Positions 1 through 7,599 are shown, counted from the first letter of the stretch. The stretch is 8,745 nt of DNA from an archaeon (GCA_024275415.1 JAJRZD010000108.1:1-8745), one strand, 5' to 3'. Notes: generated from the sequence alone by a model not told the origin. Numbers and translations: made by a program.

Positions 1-1728
1 ATCAGGGTCGTTTGCCTTTGTACCAATCTCGTATTCTACCAGATTCGTTAGGCCATCATTGTCAAGATCAGCACCTGCATCGTCCAAAAGCGGATTAAGA
101 GAGTTGTCCACCTCCCAACCATCAGGCATCGAGTCAGAATCTGTATCATTGCTCAATCTATCTGTCCCATATTCTAGTTCTTGATAATCGAGAATTCCAT
201 CATTATCTGAATCACCAGGATCACGAGTAATAAAAAGAAAAGCATCCTCATTTCCGTTTAGATGCGGATACTGAGCATTGCGAATCAAGTAATCTGGGGA
301 ATATGTATTACCTGCAATGTGAACAACGCCCTGCGATCCACAACTTACCGCCCGCGCAATATCAGTCATGTTCCCTCCAAATACTATCGAGAATTCAATG
401 TTCAGAGTTTTATCGTCCAACTCGATAATGAAAGCATCAGTGCCATTGATGACAGTTTGTATCGGGTTATAAACAAGGGGGAAATCTGCAGAAGAGGTAG
501 AGCCGCATACAAATACGCTATTTTCATCATTTACTCTTACATCGAGTATCTGGTCATCATCCATTCCTCCAAGAAATCTTGACCGGATAATTGTTTTGCT
601 AGTCGTGTTCAATCTGACTACAAATCCGTCTGATGTGCCTCCTCCCCAACCATCTAATTGCAGGGGAATTGTTGGAAAATCTGACGATTGGGACCGACCA
701 ACGATATACAGATCATCCGCTGAATTCAGAGATATGCCCAAACCTATGTCGTCATAACCGCCTCCTAAATATGTAGAAAAAAGAGAGTTATTGCCGGTTG
801 AGGATAATTCGAAAACAAATGCATCAGTATAGCCACCAAGTACAGAATCTAGTGAATTGACACTAGGAAAATCTGAGGAGTATGTATGCCCAGTAATATA
901 TGTAGTCCCTGAAGAACTAATGGAAATCGCTAGTCCCTCATCCCAGTTAGAGCCTCCTACATACGTTGAGAATATAATTGAATTTGCACCAAGACTTAGT
1001 CCTGTGACAAAACAATCCGCTTCTCCGTTGAACGAATAATCAAAAGCCTCTACGGTTGGAAAGTCCACTGAATCGGTATATCCTGTCAAGTATACGTTAT
1101 TATTAGCATCAAGCGCGATATCGTACGCCCTCTCATTTCCAGTGCCGCCAAAATAAGTGGAGTACACTATCGCTCCCGAAGCATTCAGCTTGGTTATGAA
1201 GCAATCCTGTACACCATCAAGTATGCTGTCCATAGCATTTAATGTTGGAAAATCAGCTGATGAGGTGAAGCCAGTAATGTATGCGAATCCGTATTCATCA
1301 ATAACTATGGATTCGCCCCATTCGTTACCAGAACCGCCCAATAGGATGGAATATAGTAATTCTCCATTAGGAGACCACTTTGTGACGAAAGCATCAAAGA
1401 GCCCTCCCATAAACGGATTGCCACCCGTCACAGGAAAATCCTCCGACATAGTGAATCCGGTTGTATATATATTGCCTAGTTGATCAATCTCAATTGCTCT
1501 CATTTCTTCTAGGCTATTTCCACCAATATATGTTGATGCTATGACAGGAGAGTTAGAGTCGAGTGTCGAGTTGGAGGGTTTATAACATTTCAATTCCTGC
1601 TTTTGCGTGTGTATCGTGGCGGTTATTGGGGCTGCGAGAATCAGGTACTGACATATGATTCCTAACGTTAATAGAATGAATAATGCTTTAACGCGTGAAT
1701 CCATGTCTTGGGCATCTCCTACGTGCAT
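1..1728 (-). CDS. Secreted SBBP-type beta-propeller protein (7 repeats) with C-terminal DxDxDG Ca-binding repeats; 3'-partial, continues past position 1
   Basis: Hand translation shows an uninterrupted frame from ATG 1728 (or ATG 1704, preceded by SD-like GGAGAT) to position 1. It has a hydrophobic N-terminus (MDSRVKALFILLTLGIICQYLILAAP). Seven repeats of type STY[ILFV]GG..D/E...I.ID..G..YITG.T.S.DFP...DAF[VI] follow, then DSDNDGILDYQE, DTDSDSMPDGWE and DLDNDGLTNLVE. The ORF track omits it because no stop lies in the window. Confidence 0.92.
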   Translation of the reverse strand, partial: MHVGDAQDMDSRVKALFILLTLGIICQYLILAAPITATIHTQKQELKCYKPSNSTLDSNSPVIASTYIGGNSLEEMRAIEIDQLGNIYTTGFTMSEDFPVTGGNPFMGGLFDAFVTKWSPNGELLYSILLGGSGNEWGESIVIDEYGFAYITGFTSSADFPTLNAMDSILDGVQDCFITKLNASGAIVYSTYFGGTGNERAYDIALDANNNVYLTGYTDSVDFPTVEAFDYSFNGEADCFVTGLSLGANSIIFSTYVGGSNWDEGLAISISSSGTTYITGHTYSSDFPSVNSLDSVLGGYTDAFVFELSSTGNNSLFSTYLGGGYDDIGLGISLNSADDLYIVGRSQSSDFPTIPLQLDGWGGGTSDGFVVRLNTTSKTIIRSRFLGGMDDDQILDVRVNDENSVFVCGSTSSADFPLVYNPIQTVINGTDAFIIELDDKTLNIEFSIVFGGNMTDIARAVSCGSQGVVHIAGNTYSPDYLIRNAQYPHLNGNEDAFLFITRDPGDSDNDGILDYQELEYGTDRLSNDTDSDSMPDGWEVDNSLNPLLDDAGADLDNDGLTNLVEYEIGTKANDPD

Positions 1729-1744
1729 GATATTGCGGGGTTTG

Positions 1745-1760
1745 AAATTAAGGTTTGTTT
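1745..1760 (-). promoter_or_regulatory. Putative archaeal BRE/TATA promoter of the SBBP gene
   Basis: Minus strand reads AAACAAACCTTAATTT: a purine-rich BRE-like run then a TTAATTT box, 17-23 nt upstream of ATG 1728 and 41-47 nt upstream of ATG 1704. Confidence 0.4.
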
Positions 1761-1788
1761 TGTGAACTGTCAAATGTGGCCATTGGAA

Positions 1789-3276
1789 TCATCCCTCAAT
1801 TGTTATGCCCAAATCTCCATAGATTCTACAATGTGTTCCAACTGACGGATATAAAGTGGATGCATATGACCTCGCAGCATTCACACTGTAACCCCAGTCT
1901 AACGCCTCCCAGAATTTTATGGTAAATTCACTTGAATAACTTCCAGGCATTGAATCGTCGAATCCGACAAATGCATTGGCGTAAAAGACTTCATCACCCA
2001 TAGATATAGACCTGCTTTTCCACACGAATTGATATCCGAGACTATTCGTCTGTGTTGTAATTATGCTTCCACTAAAACAGTGAAGCAAATACGTTAGATA
2101 TCTTGATGGAGCCTCGTAAATCTCATAGGGGTACACTCTGTTGGTGTTCACATCAATCTTGATATAATTGTATGTGGTGTCAAAAGATCCATGACCAACT
2201 GAAAATGCAACGTAAGAGCATACAGCGCTTTTCCAAGCAGATTCGGTTAATGGTGGGTTTCGCTCTCCGACATTATCAAAGTGATTCCGCAACACTCCAC
2301 ATACATATTCCCAAGCTTTATACCCTGCTCCAATCCCTTCTGAAGTACCTTCAGCATAATCTTGCATGATGGCTTGAGCTTCGTAATAAATTAGATACGG
2401 ATCACGATGGACTATTTCTCCTGTTTCAGTGCTTACCCAGTATTCAGCAATATCTGAACTTATATGCCATGCAAGTTTGTGCTTCTCACAATTGACTGAA
2501 ATCCATTCCAATGATGGCAGAATCTCATGTGATACAGATTGATTGAAATGATTTGCTCTTATTATTCGAATCGATTCCAATGCATCAACACATATTCTTC
2601 TATTTTCGCTAACTTCATTCCATCTAAAGGAGAAACCAGTAATTGCACCACTCATGCTATTAACTTGAACTTGGATAAAATCATCTCTGACAAGTATGCC
2701 ATCGACAACATGATTCCATTTTACAATCATTCCAAATTGATTATCTTCGACACTTTCAAGAACAGCATCTGTAGGGATGGAGGAATATTTCTCCACAAAA
2801 TGAAGTGCATCGGATACAGCCATTGATTTGCTGATTCCTACTTTTTGGTTTTCAACATACGCAGAATGTCTTCTGGTGTCTACGTAATTGATAAGATTCT
2901 GCGTTTCGACATCAATCTCTACTAAAATCATATGATTCTCTTTTGAAGACCAATCGAAATGCAGTATCTGAGAGCCTGATTTTTCATCTACCTGCATGTG
3001 AACTTGCTTCAATATAAGATTCGAGTTTGGTTGAGCAATCTCCCATGCCTTCTCTACTAGAACCATGATAGAATCATCTGGAGCTATGCCATAACTAGAG
3101 ATAATAGTGATAATATCATTATGAATGGTTCCTTTGTATGTCATCTTTGTGCTAGGGTTTTCCATTGGAAAAATCATAGAGAAGGCTAAAAGTCCTATCA
3201 AACAAATCCAAAAAGCTTTTTGCCTTTTGATACATAATAAATGGTTGACACCAATCATCGAATACCACCTAACCAC
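1789..3276 (-). CDS. Secreted/membrane-anchored protein: YcdB/YcdC- or PepSY-like pro-region plus C-terminal caspase/gingipain-like (clan CD) His-Cys peptidase domain
   Basis: 495-aa ORF; ATG 3258 preceded by AGGTGG is the likelier start. N-terminal hydrophobic segment (AFWICLIGLLAFSMIFP). Middle has W.H.VDGI.V..DFI.VQVN..SG.I.GF and LAW...YWVS.ETGEIV motifs. C-terminus has VAFSVGH362G, YLTYLLHC400FSG, AFVGF...F...FWEAL..GYSV.AA and RIYGD. Fold assignment is by motif recognition only. Confidence 0.8.
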   Translation of the reverse strand: MVRWYSMIGVNHLLCIKRQKAFWICLIGLLAFSMIFPMENPSTKMTYKGTIHNDIITIISSYGIAPDDSIMVLVEKAWEIAQPNSNLILKQVHMQVDEKSGSQILHFDWSSKENHMILVEIDVETQNLINYVDTRRHSAYVENQKVGISKSMAVSDALHFVEKYSSIPTDAVLESVEDNQFGMIVKWNHVVDGILVRDDFIQVQVNSMSGAITGFSFRWNEVSENRRICVDALESIRIIRANHFNQSVSHEILPSLEWISVNCEKHKLAWHISSDIAEYWVSTETGEIVHRDPYLIYYEAQAIMQDYAEGTSEGIGAGYKAWEYVCGVLRNHFDNVGERNPPLTESAWKSAVCSYVAFSVGHGSFDTTYNYIKIDVNTNRVYPYEIYEAPSRYLTYLLHCFSGSIITTQTNSLGYQFVWKSRSISMGDEVFYANAFVGFDDSMPGSYSSEFTIKFWEALDWGYSVNAARSYASTLYPSVGTHCRIYGDLGITIEG

Positions 3277-3304
3277 TCAAATCAGGATTTATGTATTTTA
3301 GTGG

Positions 3305-3319
3305 ATATTAAGCCTTTCG
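3305..3319 (-). promoter_or_regulatory. Putative archaeal BRE/TATA promoter of the 495-aa gene
   Basis: Minus strand reads CGAAAGGCTTAATAT (BRE-like CGAAA plus CTTAATAT box), about 50 nt upstream of ATG 3258, followed by an AGGTGG SD. Confidence 0.6.
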
Positions 3320-3430
3320 AAAGTTAGAAAGCGACACTTTTGATGAATAAGCCAATCTATCTTCAATAATGCGAGATCCAATGCAAAAGTTGGCAGGAAT
3401 TGTCGTAAGAGTCACAGGAGGTAACGATGA

Positions 3431-3661
3431 TCCACTACCGAACACTACTGCATTCTCTGCAAATCTTGCGGATACTACATCAGTGGTACCAGCTTCAGCT
3501 GTCCTCAGACATCGGGTGTTTACGCACTGATGTTCGAGGCGTTCGGCAGTCAGAGTGTCGCGTGGCTAGAGGGACATCTCCAGGCGACTGCTGTGGATCT
3601 CGGGTATGATGTGTCTACGCAAGGCGCAGGGTTCGTCCAGGCCGACGGAGCAACTGCATAG
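3431..3661 (+). pseudogene. C-terminal fragment of a subtilisin-like (S8) serine peptidase
   Basis: Frame 3431-3661 reads STTEHYCILCKSCGYYISGTSFSCPQTSGVYALMFEAFGSQSVAWLEGHLQATAVDLGYDVSTQGAGFVQADGATA*. GTSFSCPQTSG (3485-3517) fits the subtilase Ser pattern G-T-S-x-[SA]-x-P-x2-[STAVC]-[AG], and L..TAVDLG....QGAG.V.A is the typical S8 C-terminal segment. The frame is closed upstream by TGA 3428 and TAA 3422, with no Asp or His motifs. Confidence 0.75.
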
Positions 3662-3674
3662 ATTCGCGAACCTA

Positions 3675-3706
3675 GGAAGGCACTCCGCCTTCCGTCCATT
3701 CTTTTT
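3675..3706 (+). terminator. Hairpin plus T-rich tract downstream of the S8 fragment
   Basis: GGAAGG (3675-3680) pairs with CCTTCC (3688-3693) around a 7-nt loop, followed by TTCTTTTT (3699-3706), starting 14 nt after the stop. Confidence 0.4.
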
Positions 3707-3807
3707 CCACAGATTGTGAATCCTATCTAATGTGAGATATGGAATGGCAATGCAGGATATCACAGGTCATGGGAAAGATGAGATTGGATCATATTCCCAC
3801 TCCGGTC

Positions 3808-4461
3808 TTACAGACTTGCCTTACAATTATGGCATTTCGGCGTGCCTTGCTCGTTCTTGGCGCCACAGAAGGGACACACGACAAGGATCTTGACTACCTC
3901 TCGCTCTTTGGTGATGGTCACAGGAGCTGCTAGCGCAGGCTTGCCGCGCACGAAGGTATCGCCTTCCATTTTCCCAGACAGCTGTCCAGTTCCAATAGCA
4001 TCATAGATGATATCTCGTACGATATTCACCGAAATACCAGTTATCTGACTCAGGTCATTCATCGCAATGCTATCATGTGCATTAGCCACACCAATGACCC
4101 TGTCCCTATTCTTCGTTTTTCCTGAGCAACAGAAACATGGCCACATGAAGACTGCCAACACAGTAAGAACCACACCAATGAGTGCGAGCATCCAAAGGGA
4201 TGCAGGGTCAAATGCCCCGATGATCGCAAGTGTGCTGGCGACAATCATTAGATATGCAAGGCCAACTCCTTCCTTGCTCTGAGCGACAGCAGGATTGGCA
4301 TAGCCCGTCACCAAGACGACGAATCCGACAATGGTCATGAAGAAGCCCATAAAGACCATTATTGGAGAATCACTTTCGGAACCCAATGCGCTAACCGCAA
4401 GGAAAAATCCTGCAACTGTCACTAGTATCGATGCTATAAGAAAGAGCCGTTCTTTCATCAA
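3808..4461 (-). CDS. Four-TM membrane protein with PCI-like winged-helix domain and C-terminal zinc ribbon
   Basis: 217 aa. Four hydrophobic segments (about aa 6-26, 34-53, 66-84, 89-107). Then IAMNDLSQITGISVNIVRDIIYDAIGTGQLSGKMEGDTF, resembling the PCI winged-helix pattern, and CPFCG-x9-CHNC. AGGAG SD upstream. Confidence 0.88.
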   Translation of the reverse strand: MMKERLFLIASILVTVAGFFLAVSALGSESDSPIMVFMGFFMTIVGFVVLVTGYANPAVAQSKEGVGLAYLMIVASTLAIIGAFDPASLWMLALIGVVLTVLAVFMWPCFCCSGKTKNRDRVIGVANAHDSIAMNDLSQITGISVNIVRDIIYDAIGTGQLSGKMEGDTFVRGKPALAAPVTITKEREVVKILVVCPFCGAKNEQGTPKCHNCKASL

Positions 4462-4496
4462 ACTATACTCCTATCTGAGGCATATGTTTGAACTTT

Positions 4497-4504
4497 GTTT
4501 TAAA
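4497..4504 (-). promoter_or_regulatory. Putative TATA box of the 217-aa gene
   Basis: Minus strand TTTAAAAC about 40 nt upstream of the start, with an SD in the inferred leader. Confidence 0.4.
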
Positions 4505-4871
4505 CTAGCTCCATCCATATCCAAGAGCTGTAAACGGTCATGTGAGAAACCTCGTTGGGCTTCATATACTGATTTCTAAAATGGAGTCACGAGGCCGCCC
4601 TGACACATGTCCATGCACCTCACAGACTCACCCCAGTGCCAGTTCTATGAAGGCAATTTGACCGAGATACGGAGGTCTTGTTCTTCTCCCATCCTTTGTC
4701 CCAGATACTCTTTGAGGGACTGATAGACGTTTCTGCGAGTACAACATGCTGGTGTCTAAGATTGTACAACTTGCAATGAACGATTTGGAAAAAGACCTTC
4801 AGCCACACAAAAACTGAGTGGATGTCTTTCCCAGCAACGACAGTCAGGATATCTGAACTAATTAGGAAAAA

Positions 4872-4946
4872 TGGGGCCCAGGGGGGGAATCGAACCCCCG
4901 TCAAGAGAGCCACAATCTCTTATGCTGCCGTTACACCACCTAGGCC
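4872..4946 (-). tRNA. tRNA-His: tRNA-His (anticodon GTG), intronless, G-1 and CCA genomically encoded
   Basis: Full cloverleaf: G-1, acceptor GCCTAGG/CCTGGGC, discriminator C, CCA; D arm GTGT/GCAT; anticodon arm AGAGA-TTGTGGC-TCTCT; T arm GGGGG-TTCGATT-CCCCC. Followed by TTTTT on the coding strand. Confidence 0.98.
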
Positions 4947-5297
4947 ATTTTTTGTCGTTGATGTGTCGGCGATGGCAGGCACACCAATTTTGGCTTATTA
5001 GCTTATCCGTAGGAACGAGAGGGGGAGGTGATGACACCTCTGAGCCGTTGGGATTATTCGCACAACTATGCAATAGACCACTATCAGATTGGATGTGATG
5101 GTGCATCATGGTTGTGTCGATTTGAAGTTTGTGGGATTGGCATTTATAGGTCAGGGCTGGTGGTCTATGAAGTCCAATAGACAAGGAGGGGGGGACAGTG
5201 TTAGATATCACCAGCGAGGGCATTCCACATCTGGTCAGGTGTATTCCGTCCTATATCAAGAGATGGAGTAGACTTCAATCTGACGAAAATGCAGAAG

Positions 5298-7538
5298 TCA
5301 GATTCTGGTGAATTCTGTATTGAGCAGTGATTTGAGAACGATTTGTGTTGCAATGATGTCATCATGTGCATATTCAAGGATTTTATCCCATTCAGGCTCG
5401 ATTCCGGTTTGTTTGTAAATTGATATCAGCATACCTACTTGAAAGCCATTTATCGTGGGATCGGACCACTCAAAGCCAAAGTGGCGTGCTATAGCCTTCA
5501 AACCACCTTTCGGAGCTCCGATGACACGGGTTGCCACTAAACGCCCCAAATCGATTTCATGCTTGAAAATGGGGGGAATAGGTATCCCATAGCGTTTTGC
5601 TTGATTGATCAGTACTCTTTGGTCAAATCTGTTACCGCTATAACTAACCAAGATGCTACGTGGGTTCTTTTGTAGATAATTGAAGAACTTCCTGACTAGC
5701 TCTGCTTCATCATCTTTCTCAAAGATTTGTTCTACCGAAGAGGTTGTTGGATTCCAATAGCTCACACATAATGCGCTTTTCCAATGAAGGTCTGTTTCTA
5801 TATCGTAGACGATATTTTTTTCTGGATGAAGTTTTTTCCACCGGGGGTCATGTAGTCGATAAATCCTATTTTCTTGTAGTGCTTTTCTACATAGAACCCA
5901 AAATCGAGCCAAATAGGTGCTTACACCTTGAATGCGTTTCATCTTGGGGATATTTGATTCTGTTATGTGATCTAGGCTCACTATTCCCAGCTCTTCTAAT
6001 TGTTTAGCACGTTTCGCACCTATTTTTGGCAGCTTGCGAAGTGGACTCAAAGAGAACTCGAAATCTGAGTGTGTTGTATTCTGAACGGTGTGGGTTCTCG
6101 TGATTCGAGGAACAGAAGAAAGTTGGACTGAAGTTTGTCTTGTTGTGTGTTGGGTACGGACACGACTTGGCTTTGGCCAAACAATTCTATCATATATGTT
6201 CAATATCCCTTCAGGCAGTGGTTCAGTATTGGCGAGATATTCGTCAGCAACAATTATCGTTTCGTCATCAATAAAGAGATTCTTCAGGTACATGCAGTGG
6301 AATAAGGGAGAGATATCAATTTCATCTAGTTTGTTCAATGTAAGCCATAGATTGCTAAGGGATTTACAGGATTTCAAAGGAGTAAGGTCTATCCTATTGA
6401 TTTTGTTTGCAAAAAGAAACAAGTTCTTCAGTCTACGGCAGTTCTGGAGAGGAGCAAGGTCTAATTTTGTGATACTATTATAGCTTAAATCAAGTTTCTC
6501 CAAGAACCTATTCGTACGCAAAGGTGACAGGTCGATACTACGTAATTGATTATAGTTCAAGTTTATTTCAGTAAGACGGGGCACCTTTTGAAGAGGCGAG
6601 AGGTCAACGCTCGTGGTATCACAATAACTCAAATCGAAAGTTGTATCTTTCACAGAGAAATGGTATTTTCTGACCCCATACTGAGTGTCAAAGAAGACAG
6701 TTACATACTGCACCTTACGACCACGGGAATGAAACTTTTTATCGTAATGCTTGGAGCGATTCAGAATAACCTCACACCTATGGTCAGAAACCTTTGCGGT
6801 TGCCATAATTGCATCTAATCGTTTTTTTAGACCCGAGTCTGTTTTGAGGAGTGTGTTCTTGTCAAAGACTAACTGTAACTGGATTTTTTCTGCCGATAAG
6901 AAATGAGTGATATCAATGGACTTTATCTGGTTGCCATCGATAGAGATTTGGGTTTTGAACGTTCTAGTATGCAAAGTGGATAGTGGACTCAAATCTATAG
7001 TATGCAGTTGATTATTACTCAAATCCAATGTGTCCAGTCCCATACATGACGATAGAGGGCTGAGGTCAATGGTACTCAGATTGTTTCTGTCAAGATACAG
7101 ACTTGATAGTTTCTGGCATCCTTGGAGAGGAGAGAGATTGATTTCTTGAAGTCGATTGTTTCCTAAATACAGAAGGTCAAGATCAGAACAGTGATACAGG
7201 GGATCCAAGTCTATCTTTCGAATCCTGTTATTGGTAAGATACAACTTCTGCAGAGATCGATTATGTTGCAAGGGATCTAAATTAACAGATTCGAGATTAT
7301 TTCCGGTCAGGTACAATATTTGTAATTGTGAGCAACTACTCAGAGGAGAAAGGTCGATTGTATCAAGACTATTAGAGCCAAGCAAAAGGTGAGTTAGACC
7401 CCTACAGCTTGCTAGTGGGGACAGGTCAATTGTGCGGAGTTGCTGACAAGACAAATCAATAGATGTGACTGACGTATCTATCTCGATTTGTTTTGATGTG
7501 CCCTCAGTATCGACATATGAAAGTGTGATCGAATCCAA
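5298..7538 (-). CDS. LRR-LRR-HhH-YprB/RNase_H_2 (DEDD 3'-5' exonuclease-like) fusion protein, about 746 aa
   Basis: Part of the 869-aa ORF (numbering from the track ORF). Likely start is TTG 7538 (residue 124), 7 nt after a GGGGGA SD and at the start of an LRR N-cap. 24-aa LRRs (L.L..N.L..IDLSPL..C..L): about 8 at aa 147-340 and 5 plus a cap at aa 422-555. HhH pair LRKLPKIG...IQGVS at aa 622-680. Exonuclease motifs YD702IE704T, SYSGNRFD762 and Y846AHDD850. Confidence 0.9.
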   Translation of the reverse strand: MDSITLSYVDTEGTSKQIEIDTSVTSIDLSCQQLRTIDLSPLASCRGLTHLLLGSNSLDTIDLSPLSSCSQLQILYLTGNNLESVNLDPLQHNRSLQKLYLTNNRIRKIDLDPLYHCSDLDLLYLGNNRLQEINLSPLQGCQKLSSLYLDRNNLSTIDLSPLSSCMGLDTLDLSNNQLHTIDLSPLSTLHTRTFKTQISIDGNQIKSIDITHFLSAEKIQLQLVFDKNTLLKTDSGLKKRLDAIMATAKVSDHRCEVILNRSKHYDKKFHSRGRKVQYVTVFFDTQYGVRKYHFSVKDTTFDLSYCDTTSVDLSPLQKVPRLTEINLNYNQLRSIDLSPLRTNRFLEKLDLSYNSITKLDLAPLQNCRRLKNLFLFANKINRIDLTPLKSCKSLSNLWLTLNKLDEIDISPLFHCMYLKNLFIDDETIIVADEYLANTEPLPEGILNIYDRIVWPKPSRVRTQHTTRQTSVQLSSVPRITRTHTVQNTTHSDFEFSLSPLRKLPKIGAKRAKQLEELGIVSLDHITESNIPKMKRIQGVSTYLARFWVLCRKALQENRIYRLHDPRWKKLHPEKNIVYDIETDLHWKSALCVSYWNPTTSSVEQIFEKDDEAELVRKFFNYLQKNPRSILVSYSGNRFDQRVLINQAKRYGIPIPPIFKHEIDLGRLVATRVIGAPKGGLKAIARHFGFEWSDPTINGFQVGMLISIYKQTGIEPEWDKILEYAHDDIIATQIVLKSLLNTEFTRI

Positions 7539-7599
7539 CTTGTAAATCCCCCATTCTAATAGATAATTCGACCGAGATACAAACTGTGAACAATCTAGA

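Noticed and set aside
262-2826. Plus-strand ORFs 262-582, 857-1039, 1157-1483, 2172-2369 and 2539-2826
   Set aside because: Antisense shadows of well-supported minus-strand genes, with no motifs.
3427-3609. 60-aa ORF from the track with a strong SD
   Set aside because: The overlapping frame carries the exact subtilase motifs, so this frame is most likely a shadow. The SD-ATG is discussed under findings.
3637-3653. CCAGG-CCGACGG-AGCAA resembles SRP RNA helix 8
   Set aside because: The tip is 7 nt rather than 10, lacks a GNRA loop, has no convincing helix 6 or Alu domain nearby, and lies in the S8 coding frame (FVQADGAT).
3566-4579. Short ORFs 3566-3763, 3739-3933, 4059-4244, 4067-4282 and 4331-4579
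   Set aside because: They overlap the S8 fragment or the 217-aa gene and have no recognisable features.
4560-4870. Possible degenerate CDS downstream of tRNA-His (e.g. minus-strand NVYQSLKEYLGQRMGEEQDLRISVKLPS*), and track ORFs 4620-4913, 4858-5223 and 4871-5098
   Set aside because: No start or family motif could be assigned, and the track ORFs overlap the tRNA.
4872-4900. attL/attR duplication of the tRNA 3' end
   Set aside because: No second copy of the tRNA end and no integrase were seen in the window; a partner outside the window cannot be excluded.
6243-7469. 72-nt periodicity that might suggest a CRISPR or DNA tandem array
   Set aside because: The repeats are degenerate at DNA level and fully explained by 24-aa LRR coding.
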